NCBI GenBank assembly: GCA_020184695.1
Contig: JAANOX010000153.1
Coordinates: 434,001 to 498,000 of the forward strand
Reading direction: 5' to 3'
From: Histomonas meleagridis 2922-C6/04-290x
Taxonomy: Eukaryota; Protista; Parabasalia
DNA length: 64,000 bases
The position numbers and the translations under genes were made by a program. The notes beneath the pieces were generated by a model. The model was given only the letters and a program-made list of their open reading frames with translations, did no database searches and had not been told where the DNA came from. Below, in pieces: positions 1 through 11,600 of the stretch (positions are counted from its first letter, which is position 1; each line of letters opens with the position of its first letter).

Positions 1-260
1 AGATTTTTTAATGCTTGATCTGCTGCATTAACAGAATTTACACAATAAACAAAAGGACCTGCATTCGGATGTTCTGCCATATAAGCAAGTGTTAAAGAAA
101 ATATAGAGATTGTTTGTCCTAGACCTGGTGGTAATTCAAGTAAACAAGGACCTGATGCATCATACGAAAGTTTTATTTGTCCCATGTATTCCTCTTGTTC
201 TGGGTAAAAATTTGGAAAAGGAAATATCACATTTAAATCATAAATCTTTATTACAGACAT
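1..260 (-). CDS. XPD/Rad3-family helicase-like protein, N-terminus only (runs off window start), degenerate Walker A
   Basis: Hand translation from ATG at 260: MSVIKIYDLNVIFPFPNFYPEQEEYMGQIKLSYDASGPCLLELPPGLGQTISIFSLTLAY, collinear with the XPD N-terminus (FPY..IYPEQ..YM..IK..LD..G...LEMPSGTGKT). Not in the ORF track. Confidence 0.8.
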   Translation of the reverse strand, partial: MSVIKIYDLNVIFPFPNFYPEQEEYMGQIKLSYDASGPCLLELPPGLGQTISIFSLTLAYMAEHPNAGPFVYCVNSVNAADQALKN

Positions 261-641
261 TGTTTCTGAAATGTTATGTGAAAAATTATAAACTTGAAAT
301 AAATTGATTTAAAAACGTGTTATAATTTAAGAAAATATATTTATTATTATACATTATGAATGTTCTCCCTTATACATTGTATGTTTTTAAGGAAAAAAGT
401 TGTTGTTATAGTAGTATGTTAAGAAAAATTAAATGCAATGATTTATTTTTTTTTTTTTCAAAATCTATGGAAGATAAATGAAAAAGGTATTGATTAAACG
501 AATTTATTTTATTGAAAAACTATAATAACAAAGAATATAAGAAAACATTTGAACATTTATAAATAAACGGTCAGGTGCTCAGTTGAACGCAGCTGCGTTG
601 TAAATTAAGTGAAAAAATTTGCATATGCTGTGAATTGCTAA

Positions 642-1811
642 ATGCTGCTGATTTTTACCTTACTCTCTTTTGATCAGACATTTTGTGAGCCTCCGTATCC
701 TTCATACAAAGATAGGGATAACTCTGACCTAATTCAAGTACACTTAGTTTCAAGACATGGAGCTCGAACACCATTACATATACCAAAAAAAATATCAAAT
801 TTATGGAAATGTGTCAATGCAGAATTCAAATCTTTCCAGTTAAATAATTCTGTTCACATTTCCAATTCGTATGGCAAATCTCTTTTTCTTGGAAATTGTC
901 AATTTGGTCAATTAATCGGAAAAGGTGCTGATGCACTCCAACGGCTTGGGGAACATATCAGAAAAATATACATAAATCAACTAAAATTTCTTCCTACCAA
1001 TTATAATCCCTCTGTTATTAAATTTCGATCAACATACACACTAAGAACATTACATTCACAAATGAATTTTGCCAATGGACTTTATCCCAACCATGGTCCT
1101 CTTGTTATAAACACAGCCGATAAAAACTATGATCCATGGCGTCGAGCATCAGCAATATGTCCTAATCTTCAAGAACGGATGGAAGAATTAAAGAAACCAA
1201 GTTATCTTAGTTCCATTGGTCTTTACAACGAGACACTTACTAAGATCATGACTGATGCATATGGAACCAAATGGGAACATATTAATGATGCAGCCACTTC
1301 AGCTAGATGCCAAGGCTTTAAGCTCCCTCCTAACATTACACATAAGCTAATTGATGCTGCTGTTCACCTTAGAACACAGCAAATGCTTTATGTTTATCGG
1401 CACGAATCGGTTTATCCGTTATTTTTCAGTTTTTCAGCTGCTGAAATGTTAAATGAAATGATTTCACGAGTGAATGGTGAGTCGTTAATCAAGTTTTTTC
1501 ATTGGTCAGCACATGATGGGAATATCCTTGCTTTCTTAGGGTATCTTGGATGTGAAATAACGCAATGGCCACCTTATGGATCTTATATAATAGTTGAGCT
1601 TAGGAAATCTAGAAATAATAAGGATTATTTCTTACAGTTTAGATATAATGGGAAACTTATGAAAATGCCAAGGTTCAGTGGCGTAAAGAGTGTTCCTTTC
1701 GACATGTTTAGGAAATTTGTCGAAATGAAGATTCCAGATATGAAAGAAAACTGCGGATTTAATGAGCTCAATTTTGCAAAGTTGGATGTCTCACTTCCAG
1801 AAGCAATTTAA
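642..1811 (+). CDS. Histidine acid phosphatase, secreted/lysosomal type
   Basis: RHGARTP catalytic motif, distal HD motif (SAHDG), short hydrophobic N-terminus. Confidence 0.9.
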   Translation: MLLIFTLLSFDQTFCEPPYPSYKDRDNSDLIQVHLVSRHGARTPLHIPKKISNLWKCVNAEFKSFQLNNSVHISNSYGKSLFLGNCQFGQLIGKGADALQRLGEHIRKIYINQLKFLPTNYNPSVIKFRSTYTLRTLHSQMNFANGLYPNHGPLVINTADKNYDPWRRASAICPNLQERMEELKKPSYLSSIGLYNETLTKIMTDAYGTKWEHINDAATSARCQGFKLPPNITHKLIDAAVHLRTQQMLYVYRHESVYPLFFSFSAAEMLNEMISRVNGESLIKFFHWSAHDGNILAFLGYLGCEITQWPPYGSYIIVELRKSRNNKDYFLQFRYNGKLMKMPRFSGVKSVPFDMFRKFVEMKIPDMKENCGFNELNFAKLDVSLPEAI

Positions 1812-1916
1812 TGTTTTTATTTTGTAAATATTAATATAAAGATAATAAATTTTTAAATCTTTATTTGCATAATCGTTTATTTATATGGAAAACATATATA
1901 ATAATATCAAAAATTT

Positions 1917-2563
1917 TATCTTTTAAAGTACTTAATTTATTCCGTCCACGGACTGAAGTAGTTACTATTTTGGTGAAACGTTTTACTTTTGCTAGAGTAA
2001 GAGCTGTTTTACATATTATAAATTAACACCAAATTGATTGTTGACGAAATATAAGTTAGCAACTTTAACTGATTTGTTAATGATTTGCTCATCAATTTTC
2101 ATTCCTTCATCTTCTAATAATGATAAAATTTCATAATTATGAAATAAAATATATTTTTTCACTAATTTTTCTAAATTATCAATTTCAATAATTTTATTTT
2201 CAAAAATATATTTAAAGATATCATTTCGATGAAATTGAATTGCTGTTTCAAGAGTATTTTCAAATGATGAATGATTTTGTTCACATAAATGATATATTTC
2301 TTCATTTCCACCTGCAATTGCATATTTACTTGTATTTTCTACATTTGCACCATTCATAAGTAAATATTTAAAACATTTAACTGAAGAAAAAAATGCTGCA
2401 TAATCAATTAATGTAATATAATCGTTAATAAAAGAACATCTTTCATAAAGTGATGACTCAATTTTTTGATCAAAGTCAAAATTTGCTTGTGATGATATTT
2501 CTTGAAGTTTTTCGATTTCATCATTTCGAATTATTTTTGCAATATCATTTGGATTATTTCCTT
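1917..2563 (-). pseudogene. 5'-truncated DUF3447-ankyrin fragment
   Basis: 2191-2563 matches 14245-14617 with one mismatch seen. The ORF stops at 2016, then a TALTLA ankyrin-like segment resumes in another frame at 2007. Confidence 0.8.
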
Positions 2564-2841
2564 ATCAAAAAATTGACTAAAAATCAAAAAATTCTCAGTA
2601 AATTAAATCTTCTTTAAAACTTGTAGTTTAATATTCTTGCATTAATTCAAAAATTTGTCAAAATTGAGAAATTTGCAATTTTTGAAATTTTCGAAAATTT
2701 TGATTTTTTGGAATTTTGGAAAAGAACTGAAAATTTCCAAAATTTTTTTTACTAAAAATTTTTCGAAAAATTTCATTTTGAGAATTTTTTTTTATTTTCA
2801 ATTTTTTTTGATTTATATATTAAATACCTTAAAAAAATTCA

Positions 2842-2910
2842 TTCATTTGGATTAACTCCTTCTTTAATATACTTCTTAAGAAGTTCCCAATCATTTATTG
2901 TTATAACAAG
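2842..2910 (-). pseudogene. Small DUF3447-family N-terminal remnant
   Basis: Translates to NDWELLKKYIKEGVNPNE, the motif that precedes DUF3447 in the longer copies. Confidence 0.6.
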
Positions 2911-3050
2911 ATTCTTGTGAATTAGCTTTCTTTAAATAACCTATGTAAGCATCAGATCGTCATATAACACTTTGTTATTATCATTTATTAATTAAATCGT
3001 TTGACATAAACTAAAAATGACAAAAGTGAAGAAACTGAGTGTTTTATTTA

Positions 3051-5942
3051 TTATTTGAACGAAATTATATGCGAACTATTTCCTTTATGCGGGACGCACA
3101 CGTTAAAGTTTGCCGGCGGCCCATAAATCGTCATTTTATCTTCAGGCCCTAATTGCACGTTTGAATTCGACAATAATTCGATTGGAATTGTTATATCCTT
3201 TGGCTGTTTCTTATTCTTTTGGAATTCTTCTTTGAACTCATTTAATTCTCTTAAGAAGTTCTTTTCACCGACTTCATCGAATTCGTTTTCTGATTCACTT
3301 TCATTATCACTATCATCATCGGACAAATTAAAATTGACTTGATGACTCACTTGTGTTTTAACCATCGATGGTTTAATTGTATAAGGCGAATAAGTAATGA
3401 ATTTAACATTTGCATTATTTAATTCACTTCGAACAGTTTCATTAATACTTTCGATTTGTTTTACTTTATAAGATGTATTTAATTGATTATTATTATTATA
3501 TTTCCGTTCATATAATTCAATTACATCACTAACATTAAAAGCCGTTTCGGATGGAATTGGAGTTCGTATTAAACAAAAGATTTGTAAATGATAAAACACT
3601 TGTTGTACCATCATTTGGATGTTATAATCTTTTAATGATTTACATATAACACCAATTAATGATGAAAGTAATTCACATACTAATTTGACTTTAAAGAAGT
3701 CATTAGTATTCGGTTGAACACATTTATATTTGTTATTAATCGATATTAAATATGTTAAAGGATCTGGTTGATTCAAACTAAGTATTAATGTAATTGTAGT
3801 AAACGCTACTTCTAATGGGATAACTTGTTGTATGATTAACTCGGCTAAAAATCGGATTTCATATAATTGACGTTGTCTAAATGAGATATTATCTCGTTCA
3901 ATACCACGATGAATTCGTTCGAGTAAGATGTCACTAATCGCTAATCCAAACTCTGGATAATCATATGAAAAACGACTTACGAAAGTTGCAAGTGAACTTA
4001 ATTGTTCGATTGAATAATTCGGTAAATCTAAAACTAATTGGATAACAAATGCTTGATCAACATGTGTTACGTTACTTGATAACCACATTTTTTCGACTGT
4101 TTTAATTGCTTTACTAATATATCCTTTTGTATATATTTGTTGGAAGACATGTATAGCATATGCTTGATATTTGTTATAGATTGGCTCATTAATATTTGGA
4201 TTAACTTCTTCATTTCCTTTGGGTTCAAACATTTCAATTGCTTGATCAACTAATAATAATACATGTGGTTGAAAGATAAATGATTTAAGTGATTTAAGTT
4301 TCTCAATAATTGATAATATTTGGATATGTGTTCGATCACTTAAGTTATTAAGGAATTTCCCGGCATTAAAGATTAATGTACATGCCATATCAACTGTTTT
4401 ACCTCTGAAATGATTTAATGCAAATGTTAAACATTTGAAATATGAATCAATGCCAACTTTAAATTTGGCTAACTCAGAGATATATCGTGCAATATGAAGT
4501 TTCGGTATGAATGAAATCATTTTCTTGGAATTGTTTTGTGCATGGACATAACTGATGAAACTTGATTCTAAATTAGAGGATATTAATTGTCCAATTTCGG
4601 GTATCTTTTGTGATATATTAGCAATGAATCGTGCATAATATGGTGCTTGATTAACTTTGTTACGTGAAATTGTAGAAAACAAATTAATGATTTCTTCTCT
4701 ATTCTCTTTGGAATCAATTGTTAAATAATGTTTCGAAATGGCATCAACACTTTCAACGGAGAAACATCGATCAAGCTCAAGTTTGATTTGTGGTAATGTA
4801 TACATTAATTGTTCATTTAAGCGCTCATCCATATTCGCTAATTGTGTATAGAATGTATCTGTTTCATTGTTCGTTGGAACTGTACTCGTATGCTTTTGTA
4901 TCATTTCGCTATATCGTGCTGGAATTGCTACAATGCCATCAGGCGTCGTGAATTCGATAGTATCAGTTTCTTCTTTCCAATAGTTTTCGACTGTTCGTTT
5001 CATTAAAATAGAAAAGCCTGTGGCCATTCGATATAACTTATCATATTTCTCTTTACATTCATTTGCTAATGAGTTTGGTCGTGTGTTAGTTCGGCCATGT
5101 AAAATTAATAATTTATAAGCTTCGTCTCGTGCTTCCATGCCTTCTTTAGCACATTTCTCAAGTTGATCAACTATATCAATATAAAGTGATGAAACCACTT
5201 TTCGTAAACTTGGAGAAATACATTCGGACGGCTTAAAAATAGCATCAAAAAGAGTGTTTTCACCTCTGTTGATGCCAAAAAGATCACCACCGGCATAGGT
5301 TATGATCTTCCAGATGTATGGATAATTGGCATATTCATGACTATTGATGTCGGTGTTAACAAGACTAAGAAAAATACGGTTAAAGAAGGTGACGTTTTGA
5401 AGAACATGGACAATTAAAAGATCTGCATAGGCACATAATAATATTCGGCGTCGATTTGGTGGAGTTGATTTGTCACTGATTTCTTCGATAAGTTTTGGCT
5501 GGAAATTGTCTAAAAAGTCTTTGTACTTTTGATAGAGAATTGAACAAATATGAACATACGATGGAATATCAACAAACTTGATAGGAGCTGAAATAAGATT
5601 GGTAACAGCTTCTTGCATAAAACGCGTGAGTTGTATTTGGCCTAACTGCGCAATTATGGCATTTTCAGTCTCACAACTAGTTGTTGCAAGTTTTTGATAA
5701 CATGTTTTTATATTTTTAAGAAATGCTTGTTTTCCACCTTTCATTGGTTGGGCTTGTTCGTGAACTGGTTCGTCCTCAAAATCACCGAATAAATCATCAA
5801 GCTCAGTTTTATGTTTATTAGATCTTTTTTCAAAAACTGCTTGGTTCTCTTCTCTTAATTTCCGGTATAGTTCTGCCCGCCTTTTACGAAGAGGCAATTC
5901 CTCTGCGGGCCGTAAAAATTCCTGTGGAATTGTTGCTGACAT
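3051..5942 (-). CDS. UPF2: Nonsense-mediated decay factor UPF2 (MIF4G repeats, acidic tail)
   Basis: AFLKNIKT...QLTRFMQEAVTNL...VHICSILYQKYKDF resembles UPF2 MIF4G-1; acidic stretch followed by DITIPIE, like the UPF1-binding tail. Confidence 0.75.
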   Translation of the reverse strand: MSATIPQEFLRPAEELPLRKRRAELYRKLREENQAVFEKRSNKHKTELDDLFGDFEDEPVHEQAQPMKGGKQAFLKNIKTCYQKLATTSCETENAIIAQLGQIQLTRFMQEAVTNLISAPIKFVDIPSYVHICSILYQKYKDFLDNFQPKLIEEISDKSTPPNRRRILLCAYADLLIVHVLQNVTFFNRIFLSLVNTDINSHEYANYPYIWKIITYAGGDLFGINRGENTLFDAIFKPSECISPSLRKVVSSLYIDIVDQLEKCAKEGMEARDEAYKLLILHGRTNTRPNSLANECKEKYDKLYRMATGFSILMKRTVENYWKEETDTIEFTTPDGIVAIPARYSEMIQKHTSTVPTNNETDTFYTQLANMDERLNEQLMYTLPQIKLELDRCFSVESVDAISKHYLTIDSKENREEIINLFSTISRNKVNQAPYYARFIANISQKIPEIGQLISSNLESSFISYVHAQNNSKKMISFIPKLHIARYISELAKFKVGIDSYFKCLTFALNHFRGKTVDMACTLIFNAGKFLNNLSDRTHIQILSIIEKLKSLKSFIFQPHVLLLVDQAIEMFEPKGNEEVNPNINEPIYNKYQAYAIHVFQQIYTKGYISKAIKTVEKMWLSSNVTHVDQAFVIQLVLDLPNYSIEQLSSLATFVSRFSYDYPEFGLAISDILLERIHRGIERDNISFRQRQLYEIRFLAELIIQQVIPLEVAFTTITLILSLNQPDPLTYLISINNKYKCVQPNTNDFFKVKLVCELLSSLIGVICKSLKDYNIQMMVQQVFYHLQIFCLIRTPIPSETAFNVSDVIELYERKYNNNNQLNTSYKVKQIESINETVRSELNNANVKFITYSPYTIKPSMVKTQVSHQVNFNLSDDDSDNESESENEFDEVGEKNFLRELNEFKEEFQKNKKQPKDITIPIELLSNSNVQLGPEDKMTIYGPPANFNVCVPHKGNSSHIISFK

Positions 5943-6277
5943 TTATGGCCGGGTTTCAAAGCGCACTTTTTGTCAGTTTCTTTATATTAAAAACGCTTTT
6001 ATCTGCAAAATCTTCGAACCTTTTTTACTTTCTAAACATAATAACTTGTTTTAATAACAACCAACAAAAAACCTAACTAATTCTTTTATTAAATATAATG
6101 AAAAATACTAATTATATTTAATAAAAAAAATTAAATTATTAATAATTCAATTAATGAAACATTTCCGTATTAATCAAAAATTTATTTTAAAAAGGAAACA
6201 AAAAAATATAAGATCCTATAATTAATGATTTATAATGAATTTTTAGGAAAAAAAATATTTGTACGTTTAAAAAATTG

Positions 6278-6712
6278 ATGGAAAAAAAGAAGAATTCTTC
6301 TGGTTTACCACTTCTTAAATTCCTATCTTTTGTAATAGCATTTATAATTCCGGCATACCATTCTTATAAGGCGGTGATTTTTGGTGATGATGATCTTCAA
6401 ATAAAATGGATTAAATATTGGATGTTTTTTTCAATTTTCCAAATATTAGAAACTATTGTCTCTGATTATATCCGATATTGGTATTTAATTAAATGCATTA
6501 TTTTAATTACTGTTCAATTACAAGAAGCAAAATTTGCACAAAAGATATTTCACGATTTTATTCATCCTATGCTCAAGGCAACGGAACCTCATATTGACTA
6601 TTTTATAAGGCAATCACGTCAAACGATCCAAGCATTGCGTGAACAAGTGAAAGAACAAATATCGAATTCAATTGAGAACCCAAACCAAAGATTTATCCCT
6701 GAATTTAAATAG
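6278..6712 (+). CDS. TB2/DP1/HVA22 (REEP/Yop1-like) ER-shaping protein
   Basis: IPAYHSYKA...KWIKYWMFF...YWYLIK pattern; first ATG at 6278 (track starts at TTG 6275). Confidence 0.85.
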   Translation: MEKKKNSSGLPLLKFLSFVIAFIIPAYHSYKAVIFGDDDLQIKWIKYWMFFSIFQILETIVSDYIRYWYLIKCIILITVQLQEAKFAQKIFHDFIHPMLKATEPHIDYFIRQSRQTIQALREQVKEQISNSIENPNQRFIPEFK

Positions 6713-7396
6713 ATCATGTAACATTATATTGTTGTCATATGTTAAGCATTAGTTTAAGAATTTCTGGGTAGGTATATCAAACATTAAACATTTTGTATGT
6801 AAACTTTATTGAATAGTTTATTTTGTAAAGTATGTAAAATCAAAAAACGTTAAAGATTTTTTTTCATCAATCTGTAAAAAAGAAATGGAATATTGAAGAA
6901 TCTGTTGCTTTAATCAGTTTTTTTATGAATCAAAAGTTGTTCATTTATAAAAATTATATACGAATGTTCCCTAATATTTCTCATTTATTTTGATTTGATT
7001 CTTCGTTTTTGTTTATCATTTGTTGAAGTGAACAGGTAGATCATTTGTATTTTCTGTAACATATTTCATTCAAAAAAAATATAATATCAATGAAATTTGA
7101 TTCCTTCACGACTATCTCTATGTCAATTTTTATCATTGAATACTTTACTTAATTCATCGTTGCAACCTAAAATCAATTTTTATGGAATTTCTACAAAGTA
7201 CAGGCTTATATTATTACTCTAGATGACATTTTCAGATTTTCCTATTTTGAATATTTTTGTAGTTATTTGATTATTCATTATATTTTTCATTTGAAAAGAT
7301 TTTTTCAAGATCTTTTGCTTGTTGTTTTATCGACCGTTTAGATAAACAATAGAAAATTTCTGAAGGCTAACCGACATCATTGAACCCACATTCCAA

Positions 7397-8200
7397 ATGT
7401 TGTTCCAACTTGTGGCAATTGCTTTTGCCTCTGATTGCGATCTTCTTTATACAGCAGACGGATGCCAACTTTGCGTTTCACATTATGCTGATCGTCAATG
7501 TGGATGGTGCCGTTCTTCAAAGAAATGCATCACACTAGCGGGAAATGAAACATGTCCTACAGGTGATTTATATTATGGTCCAGATCAAGATTGTTCTAGA
7601 GAACCATTACCAACACCAGTTCCAACTCTTCCACCTACACCCAAACCAATACCAATTATGGATGGCTGTGATAAATACACAACATGCGATGAATGCACTG
7701 TTCATCAGGAAGATCGATCATGTGGATGGTGTAGAACCTCCAATAAATGTATGAGTTCGTCAGTTATTATTACAGGCGAATGCAATGTATCTGATTTCTA
7801 TTTCGAGAACAATGCCAAATGCGGAGCTCCTATTCCACCTACACCATTACCATGGCCACGCTTGGAAAGTGATACTGATTATTGCGTAGCTTTATCAAAC
7901 TCTTGGTGCCTCAAATGCGTCTCATCAAACACTTCAAAGAGCTGTGGTTGGTGTGGCTCCACAAAAGAGTGTGTTCAAGGCGATGCTTTCGGTCCACTCT
8001 TCGGAAGCTGCGATTCTTGGTCATTCACAGAAGATCAGAAGTGCACAGGTATCATCTCGAAGGGCGGAATCATAGCAGTTCGTGTGGTGGTTGGAATTGT
8101 TGTTGCCGCAATACTCGTTGTCGGTGTGATAATATGCCTTAGAGCATTAAGGAAACTTAAGGAAGCCAAAGTAGAATATGACACAATCCCAGATCAATAA
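7397..8200 (+). CDS. Type I membrane protein with three PSI-like cysteine-rich domains and Pro-rich linkers
   Basis: Three CxxC...CGWC units, PTP-rich spacers, signal-like N-terminus, C-terminal TM helix, short tail ending in YDTI. Confidence 0.75.
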   Translation: MLFQLVAIAFASDCDLLYTADGCQLCVSHYADRQCGWCRSSKKCITLAGNETCPTGDLYYGPDQDCSREPLPTPVPTLPPTPKPIPIMDGCDKYTTCDECTVHQEDRSCGWCRTSNKCMSSSVIITGECNVSDFYFENNAKCGAPIPPTPLPWPRLESDTDYCVALSNSWCLKCVSSNTSKSCGWCGSTKECVQGDAFGPLFGSCDSWSFTEDQKCTGIISKGGIIAVRVVVGIVVAAILVVGVIICLRALRKLKEAKVEYDTIPDQ

Positions 8201-8699
8201 ATAACTTTTATAGCTAACATTTGATCAAAATTGTTTTGAAGTAACTCATATATAACAGTACAAAAGAACTTATTTAGGAAATCACAGAACTTATTATATG
8301 AAAACGGACTGATGGTGATAATTTATGATATTTACTTGATATAATATATCATTTGTTATTTACCAAAAAAAATTCTGAAAAACTTTAACCGTAAATGAAC
8401 AAAATGGAGTGAATGAGTTCTTTAATCTTCAAGAATATATATATATTATTATATCTTAATTAATGAACTGCTTTCTCATGTATCTGATAAATTTTTCAGG
8501 ATTCTATAATTGTAAATTTAAAGCAAATATGTGTTTAACAATATATATTATTTATAAGTTATTTAATGTAAAATATAGTGACAGATAACAATTGTTACTC
8601 ATAAGTGATTAAACAGATGTTCAACAAGAAGAAAATGCATACGCACAAATTTTAATATGATATTTTCCACTAAATAATTTTTACATATTTTTATTATTA

Positions 8700-11600
8700 T
8701 CACTTATTCTCGAACATCATTATCTTATCCTTGAATGTTTTGTTTGTGTTAACAGGCTTCTTTTTCAGTGGGTCATCTGCTCCAGCGAAAACCATTCTGT
8801 TTTGTTCGAAAACAGAGGCAGGCTTTGGCGGGGGCTGTGACGGTACCGGCTTCAATTGAACAAACGGTTTACCAGAATTCTGCGGTTGCTTTGACTGGAC
8901 AGCGGTTTGTTGTCTTTGGGGTGGGTTCACTGCGGTTTTTTGCCCAAAAGTGGAGTTTGATGTGGTAACAGATTTCTGTTGGCCAAACTGAGAATTAGTT
9001 GCTGATGCAGCTGGCTTTTGCTGTTGCCCGAAAGGAGATGTGTTTGTAGCTGGTTTTTGTTGGCCGAATGGTGATGTGTTTGTAGTCGTCTTTTGTTGCT
9101 GACCGAATGGTGAAGTATTTGTAGCTGGTTTTTGTTGTTGCCCACCAAACGAAGGCGTTTTAGATTGATTTGTTGGGACTTTCTTTAGTTGTACGCTTTC
9201 AATTTCAGATTTCAAGTTATTATTGTTATTACTATTGTTGCTTTGTTGTTGATTAGATTTTTGAATATTATTTACAGGCTTTAAATGTACACTGTTAAGT
9301 CCAGCCAAAGGATTATCATCACTTATTAGTTTGTTATTATTTTTCAGATTCAAAGAATTTCTTTTTTCTTCATTTTTAGCTTTTTCAGTCATATTAATTT
9401 GAATATTATTTCTCTTTAAATTATTTTTTCTTACAGTTGCGAAAGCATTATTATTATCATTAACATTTTGCTGTTGTTGTTGAGGCTTTGCAGCTAATTT
9501 TAATTCACCTGGAGGAGGTGCTTCAGAAGGATCAACAATTCTTTGTGGGATTTTCATTATAAAGAATGAGTTTAATTGATTTTCAAGTTTACAATCGTAC
9601 CCACCGAACAAAACAATTTCATCGTTTTGCATATATTGGCAAGTAAATCTTGAAATTCCTTTAATTAAGTTCCCTTCTAATCTAATTCTTCTACAATGCC
9701 AAGTTTCCAAATCGACTGAAATTATTGGAATATTTTCTTTATTTTTATTTGTACCTCCAATTAATAACATAAATCTATTTACCAAAACTGCTCTATGCAT
9801 TGTCCTTGGTACAATTTTACCAGTTAAATTAATTTGAGTCCAATTATTATTCTTTATAGAATAAGCCCAACAATCATCGAATATATTTTTACCATCATCA
9901 CCACCAAATATTATCATATAATTCTTATAAAATATAGCCGAATGACATTTCCGAGGAGGAGGTTTAATAGCATTTTCATTTTGTTGGATTTTAGTTAAAG
10001 AGTTATTAATTTGATCATAAAATAATATTGTATTTGTAACCTCATCTTTCTTCTTAATTAATCCACCAAATATATATAAACCTTCATTATTAGAAACCAT
10101 TGAATGAAATTCACGAGCAAATAATTCATTTTTTGGTATTCGTAATATTTTCTTCCATTTATTCCCTTCAAGTGTTAATACATTTGATGATTGACCTCCA
10201 TACATATAAATCCTATTATTTAATAATGCCATTTCAGCAGAATAACATTTAACTGATATTGTTTTATCTATTTGCCCTATTTTACTTGACATATTATAAG
10301 TTAATAAAGGAGTTGGTACTTTACCACTGATATTACCACCTGCAAAATATATTACATCACCAATAATGACTGATGACATATCTGATATAGAAGGTAATAC
10401 TCCTTGATTACGGACTTCAATACAATGGATTATATTCTTCTTATTCTCATTAACTAAAAACATTGCTTTCCGTTTCTCTTGAAATGTATCAAGCCATGTA
10501 TTCTTAATCTCTTCATTTTGGAATTCGACTGAATACCATTTCTCATGATATTGGAAATCAATGATTTTCTCGGTACGTGAAGGTAAGAAACTTAATATAG
10601 TTAACAATGAAAATAATTTTGGTGATTCTGGTTCAACACCTTTAGTTAATAAGATCGAGTCATTAAATAAATATAAATTACCACGACTACGATGTGGATG
10701 AATAATATTAACAACTGATTGACTTACTAATCGACGATCTTCAGTAACTAAATTAATTTGCTTAGTAAGTCGTGATACTACATCGACAACTTGTTGACGT
10801 TGATCAAATGTTTCTCCTGCTGTTTCCATTTCATGCGTAATCTTCTCAATGGTTTGTTGCGCTATAGGTAAAGTGGCACTATCCGGATGACTTTGCGGTG
10901 TATATTTAATAAGTTCGCGAATTAATAATATGTAACGTGGCATCCTTTGAATAGGCATAATCAGATATCCATTGAAGTCAAGATTCGTTAAGCTGGCAAC
11001 AGAGTTGTAGGGATTGGATTTAACTATCTCTAACATTCGTTTGTCTTCACGTAATGTTCCCGCAATTTCAGTGATTTTATCATAGTCAACAATGTATTGC
11101 TGTGACGCCATAAAGTTGAACGAAAAAGACATAAACGTCTCGGTGAGGATGGACGAATAAGTGATTCCGTTTCTTTGAAGATTTGACAGAAAATTCGCAT
11201 GGCAATTAATCATCTTAGGAAGTTGGCCGAAGATCAGATTCATCTTAGTTTCGTCGATGAGTTTTAGGTCGGCCATCTTTTGACGGAAATGGTTATATAG
11301 TGCATTAAGTGCGATACAATATGTTGTTTCAGTATCGTATAGCTCTTTTAGGATTCGTTCTCTTGTACTAATGATCTTGACAGCGCTTTCTTCGAGTTTG
11401 CATGTGAATTGGAGAGTGGATACTTTAGCCTTATTGAATATGTCATAAGCCTTTAAAGATTGGTTTAATGGCTGGTTACCTATGAGCACTTGTGGGTTTG
11501 ATATTTCGAGCCCGAACTGGTCGACGACATGATTGAAGACGTCTTTACCTGTTTTATTTGCGAATTCTGGATAGTTAAATTCCACTGTGAAAAGGGGCAT

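Noticed and set aside
2564-2830. A/T-tract stretch with the 66-aa ORF 2655-2855, considered as a possible MITE
   Set aside because: Low complexity, no convincing TIRs or target-site duplication, non-ATG start.
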